Below the pieces are notes generated by a model. That model made no database searches and was not told the origin of the DNA. It saw only the letters and a list, made by a program, of their open reading frames with translations. DNA of 64,000 bases from Clostridia bacterium (lineage in GTDB: Bacteria > Bacillota > Clostridia > UMGS1883 > UMGS1540), in assembly GCA_017450025.1 (NCBI GenBank), contig JAFSYJ010000040.1, positions 15,224-79,223 of the forward strand. Direction: 5' to 3'. Within the stretch, counting starts at the first letter, position 1. Each line of letters begins with the position of its first letter. A program made the translations under genes and the position numbers. Below, piece after piece: positions 38,124 to 46,994 of this stretch.

Positions 38124-38438
38124 ATGCCGCTCTCGCCCGAAGATATGCTCAAAAATGTTATGAACGATCCGGAGGCAATGGAAAAAATAAATTCGTTTCT
38201 CAGCTCAATGGGAAAAGATGAAGAAAGCGAAAGCTCCAACCTCGGAATCAGTCCCGAAATGCTTGCAAAAGCAACCCAAATGATGAGTCAGATGTCAAAT
38301 GCCGATGACAAGGGAGTCAGCCTTATTCTTGCGCTTAAGCCGTATCTCAGCGACAGGCGGATTGAAAGCGCGGATATGGCGATCAAGTTTTTAAAGCTTT
38401 CAAAATTATCTTCACTTATGGGTAATTTAGATTTGTAG
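38124..38438 (+). CDS. Hypothetical protein
   Basis: GGGGTGA RBS; contains LILALKPYLSDRR. Confidence 0.7.
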   Translation: MPLSPEDMLKNVMNDPEAMEKINSFLSSMGKDEESESSNLGISPEMLAKATQMMSQMSNADDKGVSLILALKPYLSDRRIESADMAIKFLKLSKLSSLMGNLDL

Positions 38439-38446
38439 GTGGAACT

Positions 38447-38764
38447 ATGTACACAAAGTATTTTGATAACACAGGCGCTGCGGAATATAATACGGGCGTC
38501 AGCATGGGCGAACCTCGCAGCTCACAAAAGAGCAGTGCACACCGTATCTCTTATAATGGATATGAAAAAAAAGCGGAGCGCATCAGACAAGAAGCGCACC
38601 GTGAAATTTTGCCTGCCCCGAAAGAAGAACGCAAAGCCTCAAAAAGCATTGGCGGTTTTCAAAACGACGACATTCTTCTCGGCATACTTATATTTTTTCT
38701 TGTAAAAGAAGAAAAGGCTGATATGATGCTTATTATGGCGCTTGTTTTTATCCTTTTAAATTAG
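38447..38764 (+). CDS. Hypothetical protein with C-terminal hydrophobic hairpin
   Basis: AGGTGG RBS; DDILLGILIFFL...DMMLIMALVFILL. Confidence 0.65.
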   Translation: MYTKYFDNTGAAEYNTGVSMGEPRSSQKSSAHRISYNGYEKKAERIRQEAHREILPAPKEERKASKSIGGFQNDDILLGILIFFLVKEEKADMMLIMALVFILLN

Positions 38765-39401
38765 GAGCGTCACAAAAGCTTTTTATAAAATAGTCGCAAA
38801 GCGCCTGCATATCGCCGGCATCTGTTCTCGATGCTTCGTCATCAATACCGCATACCGCCATGCCTGCAAGCTTTGCGGATCGGGCAGCCGTGAAAACATC
38901 CTCAAAGACAATGCAGCTTTCAGGCTCGGCATTCAGCGCTTTTGCGGCTCTCAAAAAAATGTCCGGCGAAGACTTTCCTATCTTTGTGTGGTACGAAGAT
39001 ATAATAGCGTCAAACATACCGTAAATACCGCAGCGCTTTAGCGCAGGTTCATACAATACGGGATTCAGGTTTGTTGCAGCCGCGAGCTTTATTCCGCTCT
39101 CTTTTAAGCCACTTAAATACTCGTATGCAAATGGCTTCAGCGGCACATTATTCGTATATTCAAAAACCGCCATCTCGTTCCATTCAGTAATCAGATCCTC
39201 CGGCGTTTCGTTAAGAGAGTACGCCTTTATCGTGTACAGTGCAATTTCAGTTTCTGTCATTGCACTTATTTTTTCTTTATAGTCTGCCTGTACTTCAAAT
39301 CCCCTGCGTGCCAAAAAGTCCGTGTCTATCTTGTCCCACACGTACATCGAATCAAGCAGCGTGCCGTCAAGGTCAAAAATTGCCGCCTTGTATTTTGTCA
39401 T
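38748..39401 (-). CDS. HAD-family phosphatase
   Basis: FDLDGTLLDS, K-S-SPDIF and VFED motifs. Confidence 0.88.
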   Translation of the reverse strand: MTKYKAAIFDLDGTLLDSMYVWDKIDTDFLARRGFEVQADYKEKISAMTETEIALYTIKAYSLNETPEDLITEWNEMAVFEYTNNVPLKPFAYEYLSGLKESGIKLAAATNLNPVLYEPALKRCGIYGMFDAIISSYHTKIGKSSPDIFLRAAKALNAEPESCIVFEDVFTAARSAKLAGMAVCGIDDEASRTDAGDMQALCDYFIKSFCDAPNLKG

Positions 39402-39433
39402 TTTGTCAAACCTTTCTTTTGCGAAGCAATAAT

Positions 39434-39997
39434 TCAGCCGAGTAAATGCTCCAACAATATTTTAATCCCCAAAATTATAAGTATTATACCACCTGCGATT
39501 TCCGCGCGGCTTTTGTATTTTTCTCCGAAAATGCTGCCGATTTTAACGCCTGACATAGAAAGAATGAGTGTTGTTACTCCGATAATGGCTGATGGCAATA
39601 AAATCTCTGTCCCCAAAAATGCAAATGTGATGCCCACAGCAAGCGCGTCAATGCTTGTTGCGACAGCCAAAACAAACATATTTTTAAATGAAAGCGACGA
39701 GTCGGTTTGTTCTACTTTTTTAAATGCTTCAACAATCATTTTGCCTCCGATAAAGCATAAAAGGCCAAACGCTATCCAATGGTCATACGCCTTTATGCCA
39801 TCGGCAAAGCTTCTGCCCAAAAAGTACCCCAATATAGGCATAAGCATCTGAAATCCGCCAAACCATATACCGACAATAAAGCATTTTTTAAAATCTATCG
39901 TTCTCATAGCAAGGCCCTTGCATATTGCCACGGCAAAAGCGTCCATCGAAAGCCCTACCGCAAGTACCAAAATCATACTTAAAGTCAAATCCGTCAC
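39434..39997 (-). CDS. mntP: Manganese efflux pump MntP family
   Basis: LSMDAFAV and [10 protein letters not shown] motifs. Confidence 0.9.
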   Translation of the reverse strand: MTDLTLSMILVLAVGLSMDAFAVAICKGLAMRTIDFKKCFIVGIWFGGFQMLMPILGYFLGRSFADGIKAYDHWIAFGLLCFIGGKMIVEAFKKVEQTDSSLSFKNMFVLAVATSIDALAVGITFAFLGTEILLPSAIIGVTTLILSMSGVKIGSIFGEKYKSRAEIAGGIILIILGIKILLEHLLG

Positions 39998-40182
39998 CCC
40001 TTTTAATGGCTTAACTCATTCGATTATACAACAAAAATTACAAAAAATAAATACCTTAAGCAAATTTTTCTTATTTTCCGCTCATGTAAAATGTTTTAAT
40101 ATATTTTACTAAAAAACTTGTACTTTTTGTAAATTTCTGTTATACTAAAGGATAGGTATAAATTAGAAAGGTTTGATTAGCT

Positions 40183-42096
40183 TTGAAAGAAAAATTTTAT
40201 ATAACCACAGCCATCGCATATACTTCACGCAAGCCTCATATTGGTAACACTTATGAAGTGGTCCTGACCGACGCTATTGCAAGATATAAAAGGCTCCGCG
40301 GATATGATGTATTTTTCCTTACGGGCACAGATGAACACGGCCAGAAAATTCAGGATATCGCAGAGGAAACAGGCGTAACGCCCAAGCAATATGTAGACGG
40401 CGTTGCAGGTGAGATCCGCAAAATCTGGGATTTAATGAATTCAAGCTATGATAAATTCATAAGAACGACTGACGATTATCATGTTGCCGCCGTACAAAAG
40501 ATCTTTAAAAAGCTTTATGACCAGGGCGACATTTATAAAGGCGAATACGAAGGCCTTTACTGTATTCCCTGTGAATCTTTCTTTACGCCTTCGCAGGCGC
40601 CTGACGGCGTATGCCCCGATTGCGGCAGAAAGCTGTCAACGACAAAGGAAGAAGCGTACTTCTTAAAGCTTTCCAAATATCAGGACAGGCTGATAGAATA
40701 TATTGAAACACACCCCGATTTTATCCAGCCCGAAAGCCGTAAAAAAGAGATGATAAACAACTTCTTAAAGCCCGGACTTTCGGATTTGTGCGTATCAAGA
40801 AGCTCTTTTTCCTGGGGTATCCCCGTCACATTTGATGAAAAGCATGTTATTTATGTGTGGATCGATGCACTTTCAAACTACATCACCGCGCTCGGCTATT
40901 CGCCAGACAGCAAGGGCGAGCTGTATAATAAATACTGGCCGTGCGATGTTCATATCATCGGAAAGGATATTCTCCGCTTCCACACAATTTACTGGCCTAT
41001 TATGCTTATGGCTCTCGGCGAGCCGCTCCCCAAACAGATATTCGGTCACCCGTGGCTTTTGGCGGGAATGGACAAAATGAGCAAATCGCGCGGTAATGTT
41101 ATGTATGCCGATGACCTTGTGCGCCACTTCGGCGTTGACGCTATAAGATACTATCTGCTCAGCGAAATGCCTTTTGCGCAAGACGGCGAAATTTCATACG
41201 AAACAATAATTGCGCGGTATAATTCAGACCTTGCAAACACTCTCGGTAACCTTGTAAACCGCACGGTTGCAATGACAGGCAAATATTTTGGCTCTGTCAT
41301 TCCCGAGAATAAAAAGCCCAAAGCTATTGATAAGGAGCTTTCCGACTTTGCTATGGGCACAGTTAAAACATACGCAGAAAAAATGGACGCGTTTAAGGTT
41401 GCTGACGCGCTTGAAGCCGCTCTGTCCCTCGCAAAACGCTCTAATAAATATATTGACGAGACAACGCCGTGGGCTCTTGCAAAGGACGAGGCTCAAAAAG
41501 ACCGTCTCGCATCTGTTTTGTATAATTTGCTTGAATGTATCCGCATCACCGCTGTAATGCTCAAGCCGTTTATGCCTGAAACCGCCGAAAAGATTTTTGC
41601 CCAGATCAACACAGACGCGCATGAATGGGAAAGCGTTTTGACATACGGCAATATCCAATGCGGCAAGCAACTGCCTGTTCCGAATGTGCTTTTTGCCAGA
41701 ATTGACGAAAAGATAAAGCTTGAAGAACTCGCAGCAGAAAACGCTCCCGCTCCGAAGGAAGAAGAAAAAACAAATGAAATCTCGATAGAAGATTTTGCAA
41801 AAATAGAGATCGTCGCAGGCAAAGTATTGGAGTCCAAACGCGTTGAAGGCTCTGACAAGCTTCTTGTATCGCAAATAGACATCGGTACAAAGACTGTTCA
41901 GGTGGTTTCGGGGATTGCCAAGTACTACGAACCCGATGACTTTGTCGGCAAAACTGTTGCGGTTATTAAAAACTTAAAGCCCGTTAAGCTTTGCGGAACG
42001 CTTTCCGAAGGAATGGTTCTCGCCGCTGCCAATAAAAAAGGCCTTTCCGTTCTCACATTGGATAAGGATATGCCTGCGGGAACAAAAATCAGCTAA
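40183..42096 (+). CDS. metG: Methionine--tRNA ligase with C-terminal tRNA-binding domain
   Basis: HIGN, GTDEHGQK, KMSKS, SEGMVL motifs. Confidence 0.97.
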   Translation: MKEKFYITTAIAYTSRKPHIGNTYEVVLTDAIARYKRLRGYDVFFLTGTDEHGQKIQDIAEETGVTPKQYVDGVAGEIRKIWDLMNSSYDKFIRTTDDYHVAAVQKIFKKLYDQGDIYKGEYEGLYCIPCESFFTPSQAPDGVCPDCGRKLSTTKEEAYFLKLSKYQDRLIEYIETHPDFIQPESRKKEMINNFLKPGLSDLCVSRSSFSWGIPVTFDEKHVIYVWIDALSNYITALGYSPDSKGELYNKYWPCDVHIIGKDILRFHTIYWPIMLMALGEPLPKQIFGHPWLLAGMDKMSKSRGNVMYADDLVRHFGVDAIRYYLLSEMPFAQDGEISYETIIARYNSDLANTLGNLVNRTVAMTGKYFGSVIPENKKPKAIDKELSDFAMGTVKTYAEKMDAFKVADALEAALSLAKRSNKYIDETTPWALAKDEAQKDRLASVLYNLLECIRITAVMLKPFMPETAEKIFAQINTDAHEWESVLTYGNIQCGKQLPVPNVLFARIDEKIKLEELAAENAPAPKEEEKTNEISIEDFAKIEIVAGKVLESKRVEGSDKLLVSQIDIGTKTVQVVSGIAKYYEPDDFVGKTVAVIKNLKPVKLCGTLSEGMVLAAANKKGLSVLTLDKDMPAGTKIS

Positions 42097-42099
42097 AGG

Positions 42100-42879
42100 A
42101 TGGTTACAATGTTTGACGCTCACGCTCATTATGACGACGAGCAATTTGATCCTGACCGCGACGCGATATTGCAATCAGTACACAAATCCGGCGTAAAGTA
42201 TATAGTAAATGCGGCCGACAGCCTCGGCTCTTGCTATAAGACTTTAAAGCTTGCTGAAGATTACCCGTTTGTATATGCCGCAGTAGGCGTTCATCCGCAT
42301 AATGCAAAGGATTTTTCTCCCGCCGCTTTAGATGACATTTCTTCATTTTGCAGTTGCGATAAGACCGTTGCGGTGGGCGAGATCGGACTTGACTATCACT
42401 ACGACCTTTCTCCGCGCGATATTCAAAAAAAGGTTTTTGAAACGCAAATAGAATTAGCTGATATAAAGTCGCTCCCTATTGTGATACACGAGCGCGACGC
42501 TCTTAAAGATACTTTGGACATTATTAAGGCAAATAAACATAAAATCACCACAGCTTTGTGGCATTGCTTTTCACAGTCGCAAGAAGTTTTGGCCGATGTT
42601 ATGCGGCTTGACGGTTTTTATATATCCCTCGGCGGTGTAGTGACATTTAAAAACGCCGTTAAGGCGGTGGGGGTTGCCAAAGCCGTGCCTATTGACAGGC
42701 TTCTGCTCGAAACAGACTGCCCGTACCTCACCCCCGTTCCGCACAGAGGCGAGCGTAACGATTCCTCTTTTATCCGCCATACGGCTGCAAAAATTGCGGA
42801 GCTTCGCGGTATGGATTTTGATGAGCTTTGCGCAATTACCACAGAGAACGCAAAAAGATTTTACAATATTAAGGACTAA
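42100..42879 (+). CDS. tatD: TatD-family hydrolase
   Basis: DAHAH, GVHPH, GEIGLDY, ETDCPYL motifs. Confidence 0.93.
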   Translation: MVTMFDAHAHYDDEQFDPDRDAILQSVHKSGVKYIVNAADSLGSCYKTLKLAEDYPFVYAAVGVHPHNAKDFSPAALDDISSFCSCDKTVAVGEIGLDYHYDLSPRDIQKKVFETQIELADIKSLPIVIHERDALKDTLDIIKANKHKITTALWHCFSQSQEVLADVMRLDGFYISLGGVVTFKNAVKAVGVAKAVPIDRLLLETDCPYLTPVPHRGERNDSSFIRHTAAKIAELRGMDFDELCAITTENAKRFYNIKD

Positions 42880-42884
42880 ATCTA

Positions 42885-44198
42885 ATGAAAAAAACTGCAA
42901 CTATTATTTTGGTTTTAATAATGACAATATTTTTGCTTGCACCTTCCGTATCCGCAGACAGAGGAATAACGGTTTTTCTGAACGGTACAAATGTGCAATT
43001 TGACGCTCCTCCCATATTGGTTGATGGGCATACATTTGTTTCTGTTTCTGCTATTGCAAAGCTTTTGGGCGCTGATATAAGCTGGATAGAGGATATCAGA
43101 GAAATTCAGATTTCACTTGACGGAAACACACTTAATATGTTTATAGATTCGACATATATGGAATATAATATGATTCCGATATACAGCAATGCCGCACCGT
43201 TTATATCTGACGGCAGAACTATGGTACCTCTACGGATTATATCGGAATATTTTTGTTGCACTGTTGATTATAATGATGCTGCAAAACAGGTTAATATATA
43301 TACCAAAAAACCTGTTTTCTACTCTTTTGAAAGCAATGTTCTCGATATTTACTCAAAGTATTCTCCCACTCAAGATATTATGGTAAGACTAAAACAGGTC
43401 GGAACAAATCAGCTTTTTGACTTTTCTGAAATTTATTTGATCAGTAACTACGGGCATTATGTTAAATCCAACTTGCTTAACAGCCTTTTGATGTATCAAA
43501 GCAGCACAGATTGGCACGCTCCGTTTATTATCAACGCTGTCAATAATCCGTTCAGCTACGAAAAGCACACCTTTACAGGCGGCAATCACGGTTATTCGGG
43601 GAATTACGGTGGGCCTAAAACCGCACGCCTCGAATCTGTTTATATAGAAGCTGACGGCAAAAGCATTCCGTACGGTTCAGGCTACTGCAACGCTCTCAGA
43701 GTAACTTGGACAAACCTTGTTCAGGCGTCAAATACAAAAGAACCCTCGGGCTGGGGGCGCGAGGTTATGAAAGAAACTCATGTACTCACCTTTGACGGTG
43801 ATACATTCTATTCAGATGTAACGCTGACACCGCTTGAAGATATAGAAATCGACCTTGCTTACGGATTTTCAGCCGAAATAAAATATAATTGGGACGATAA
43901 TATCGAGTACGAAAACCCTACATATAAAGTATCTTACCCGTGTACAGAAGCCTCAAATTCAGGTGAGCCCGACTGTATATCCGTCACCTGTACGCGCGGT
44001 CACAACGCATTAAAAATGTCTCTCGATACAACATTTGGGCTCGGAACAAGAGAACACACTGCTTCATTGACAAACAGCGCGTTTTTTGAGGATTACGGAA
44101 AGGTTTACTTTAACATTATAAACGGCAAGCCACTTCAGGCAAAAGCCGGAGAGCAGTACTGTTACAGAGGGGCGTATAAGTTTTATTATACATACTAA
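42885..44198 (+). CDS. Secreted copper-amine-oxidase N-terminal domain protein with unrecognised C-terminal domain
   Basis: Signal peptide; APFISDGRTMVPLRIISE; ~290-aa aromatic-rich C-terminal region. Confidence 0.7.
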   Translation: MKKTATIILVLIMTIFLLAPSVSADRGITVFLNGTNVQFDAPPILVDGHTFVSVSAIAKLLGADISWIEDIREIQISLDGNTLNMFIDSTYMEYNMIPIYSNAAPFISDGRTMVPLRIISEYFCCTVDYNDAAKQVNIYTKKPVFYSFESNVLDIYSKYSPTQDIMVRLKQVGTNQLFDFSEIYLISNYGHYVKSNLLNSLLMYQSSTDWHAPFIINAVNNPFSYEKHTFTGGNHGYSGNYGGPKTARLESVYIEADGKSIPYGSGYCNALRVTWTNLVQASNTKEPSGWGREVMKETHVLTFDGDTFYSDVTLTPLEDIEIDLAYGFSAEIKYNWDDNIEYENPTYKVSYPCTEASNSGEPDCISVTCTRGHNALKMSLDTTFGLGTREHTASLTNSAFFEDYGKVYFNIINGKPLQAKAGEQYCYRGAYKFYYTY

Positions 44199-44200
44199 AA

Positions 44201-44749
44201 TCACCACGGCAGAATTGTATCGCCTTTGACAATATAGGCTTTTTGCGCGAGCGCCGCAAGCGGTGAATCCGAGTAAGAATCCGAATAAAATTCGTCTATG
44301 TCACCTTTTACCTCGGCGTTAAATCTTTTAACTTTTTCCTGCCCGTAGCAGTTTTCGCCGTCATATTTACCCGTAAATCTATCAACACGCGACGCCAAAA
44401 CACGCACTCCCAATTTTTCACATACGGGGCGAAGTAAAAATTCAGGAGAAGCCGATATTATTATATCGCTCTCTTTTTTTTGCGCCAAATACCAATTTTT
44501 AAGGTACTTTTCATGAACTTCCCAAAACTTTTCGACTTCGCGGTCAATATCCTTAACTCCACGGAAAAACACATAAAATCTTTCTTTAAACAGCGTTTTC
44601 TTGATTATTTTAAGTGCAAACGGCACAGCCCAGAAAGCCTGATACGGCAGGTATAAAATAAGATTTAAATGCCGTTTTAGGCAAAAAAAGTAAAAATCCC
44701 TTGTGCTGTCGCCGTAATATATTGTTTTGTCAAAATCATATGCATTCAT
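44201..44749 (-). CDS. HAD-IB-family phosphatase
   Basis: YDFDKTIY, ISASP, K, YSDSYSD motifs. Confidence 0.85.
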   Translation of the reverse strand: MNAYDFDKTIYYGDSTRDFYFFCLKRHLNLILYLPYQAFWAVPFALKIIKKTLFKERFYVFFRGVKDIDREVEKFWEVHEKYLKNWYLAQKKESDIIISASPEFLLRPVCEKLGVRVLASRVDRFTGKYDGENCYGQEKVKRFNAEVKGDIDEFYSDSYSDSPLAALAQKAYIVKGDTILPW

Positions 44750-44760
44750 TACAAATACCC

Positions 44761-45594
44761 TCAAAAATACAGTATAATGCTTAATGCGGCAAAATATATC
44801 ACAGTCAAAAGTACGATGATCTTGTCGTGTACTATGACATCAACCGGGTCCCCGTCGGAATCGCCCTCTGCTATAAGCGCATAACGCATAAAAATCAGCA
44901 TAACAAGCGGCACGGTCCATATCATCTTGCTGCCGGTCGCCTGCGTGGCCCAAAGCGAATAAAATATTATTGCCATAGTCAAAAACATATACATCATTTT
45001 GTCAAGAAAGTTATAGTTGTAGCTTTTAAGGACTTCGCGCGCTTTATCGCTGCTGCGTTTAAGCTCGTTGCGTCTTTTACCGAGCCCGAGGTAAAACGAC
45101 AGCGACATCACCATAAGATACAGCCAGCTTGATATTTCTATGCCCGTAACTGTCGCACCGTAAAAAACCCTGAGCAAAAAGCCCGAAACAAGCAGCGCAA
45201 TATCGAGAATGGGTATGTTTTTCCCCTTTAGACTGTAAAAGATATTTATCAGAACATAAAGAGCCAAATATACATAACCGCCGCCTGCAAAATACGCCAA
45301 CACAACCGCAATAAAAAATAAACATACGGCAAAGATCAGTGCCGAGCGTTCTTTTATCTCGCCGCTTGCAATAGGGCGAGATTTTTTCTTTTCGTGGCAT
45401 CTGTCGTACGGCGCGTCGTGCAAATCATTTAAAACATACACCGACGATGACAAAACCGAAAAAGCAAAAAAAGCAAAAATTGCCTTTCCCAAAAGCGCTG
45501 CGTCACTCAGCCTGCCTGAAAAGAAAAGCGGCGCTATAACAAGAATATTTTTAATGTAATGGTGAACTCTTGCGAGCTTCAGGTATTTTTTCAT
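44761..45594 (-). CDS. UbiA-family polyprenyl-phosphate phosphoribosyltransferase
   Basis: R..HYIKN, YVLNDLHD...DRCH..K..RPIASG, GKRRNEL, DGDP motifs. Confidence 0.85.
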   Translation of the reverse strand: MKKYLKLARVHHYIKNILVIAPLFFSGRLSDAALLGKAIFAFFAFSVLSSSVYVLNDLHDAPYDRCHEKKKSRPIASGEIKERSALIFAVCLFFIAVVLAYFAGGGYVYLALYVLINIFYSLKGKNIPILDIALLVSGFLLRVFYGATVTGIEISSWLYLMVMSLSFYLGLGKRRNELKRSSDKAREVLKSYNYNFLDKMMYMFLTMAIIFYSLWATQATGSKMIWTVPLVMLIFMRYALIAEGDSDGDPVDVIVHDKIIVLLTVIYFAALSIILYF

Positions 45595-46991
45595 TTTAAA
45601 GTCTCCTTATGTTTCGGGAAAAATGCACCGGCAGCTATCGGCAAGAACAAATAAGCTGTCGAAAACGCATAACGCGGTTGAATTTCCATAAGGCACAGTC
45701 CTCCCCATAACGCCATAATAACAAGCGCAATAAGGCAAAATAACTCTTTATTTTCATTTTTGATCACGCCGACGAATGCAAGTATAAAAACGGCCGTAAA
45801 AAATGCACTGCAAAGTGCCAGAGGCATATTTGGCGCAGGCTTTTCGCCCTCTATACCGTTATTTATATATCCCCAATATACGCTGTCAAACGAACTGCCC
45901 GACCATAAAATTCGGGTTTTATCAAACAAGAGCGGCAATATTTTTTCAGGACTTTCAGTGAGGCGCTTTGTTATTCTTTCACGCACGATCAAGTTGATTT
46001 TTTCCTTGTCGCCCTTTGCTTCTTCATACACTCCGTGGTCTTCTGCCGAGTACATTCCGTGAGTTTCAAAATTAGAGCCTACCAAAAGATAAACAGTATA
46101 AGGCTCCGCTCCGTCAGTCAGCCGGTACTGCGTCGCACCGCTAAAGTAAAGCAAATACGAAACCGCGTTATTCAAAATAATAAACGCGCCTAAAACAGCC
46201 AGAGCAGATATTATCTTGCGCCCTTTTGCAAAAACAATTAAAATCCCCACAATGTAGCCTGCAAGGTAAAACGGCGCAACATTCCTGTAAAGCGTTCCCA
46301 AGCATAAAATAAGCCCCGAAATAACGCAGTATACAAACGATTTTTTCCGTTTCTCCGCCTTATAAGCCTTTACAATATAGTATACGGATAGCGACAGAAA
46401 AAATATGGCAAAATTTTCTGTTGTGCAGACATTTGAATAAAAAATATCAGCAGGAAATAAAGCTAAAAGCCCGGCGCACAAAATCGAGCCTTTTTTGCCG
46501 AAAATTTCTTTGCCGATAAGAGCCATAACAAAAATAGCCGCAGTTTTGAAAATTACATTAAACACCTTTATAACTGTAATGCTCTGCCCAAAAACGCCCA
46601 TAAGCGCTCCTGCGGTTATGCTGTAAAATGTAATATGCGGAAAACGATGAAAATAACTCCCCTGCGAAAATGCCGAAAAGTCGCCGTTTGCGACGCCCTT
46701 TGCCGCGCCTATCATAACGGCATAATCGCTGACAGGCTCACACGGCACCAAAAGCACCTCTGCAAGCCTCAAAGCACACCCCACAAACACTGTAATCCCA
46801 ATCACAATGCGGTAAGTTTTGTCATTTATTTCCCCTGTACGGTTTATGATAAAAAGACATGCCGCCAGCACAATGTAAAACGCCAAAAAAAGCAAAGGAG
46901 CAGGCTTTTTCATAAAAAACAGATTTATCCCAGCAAGCGTGGCGCAAAAAGCTATAAAAATAATATTAAATATTTTGCGTAAAACCGTCAT
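45591..46991 (-). CDS. GT-C (GT39/ArnT-like) membrane glycosyltransferase
   Basis: Multi-TM protein; PVSDY after the first TMs, TEN, and C-terminal EIQPRY. Confidence 0.7.
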   Translation of the reverse strand: MTVLRKIFNIIFIAFCATLAGINLFFMKKPAPLLFLAFYIVLAACLFIINRTGEINDKTYRIVIGITVFVGCALRLAEVLLVPCEPVSDYAVMIGAAKGVANGDFSAFSQGSYFHRFPHITFYSITAGALMGVFGQSITVIKVFNVIFKTAAIFVMALIGKEIFGKKGSILCAGLLALFPADIFYSNVCTTENFAIFFLSLSVYYIVKAYKAEKRKKSFVYCVISGLILCLGTLYRNVAPFYLAGYIVGILIVFAKGRKIISALAVLGAFIILNNAVSYLLYFSGATQYRLTDGAEPYTVYLLVGSNFETHGMYSAEDHGVYEEAKGDKEKINLIVRERITKRLTESPEKILPLLFDKTRILWSGSSFDSVYWGYINNGIEGEKPAPNMPLALCSAFFTAVFILAFVGVIKNENKELFCLIALVIMALWGGLCLMEIQPRYAFSTAYLFLPIAAGAFFPKHKETLK

Positions 46992-46994
46992 ATT

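Noticed and set aside
39998-40182. yybP-ykoY Mn riboswitch before mntP, or T-box/S-box before metG
   Set aside because: The short AT-rich divergent intergenic region shows only promoter-like elements and no riboswitch motifs.
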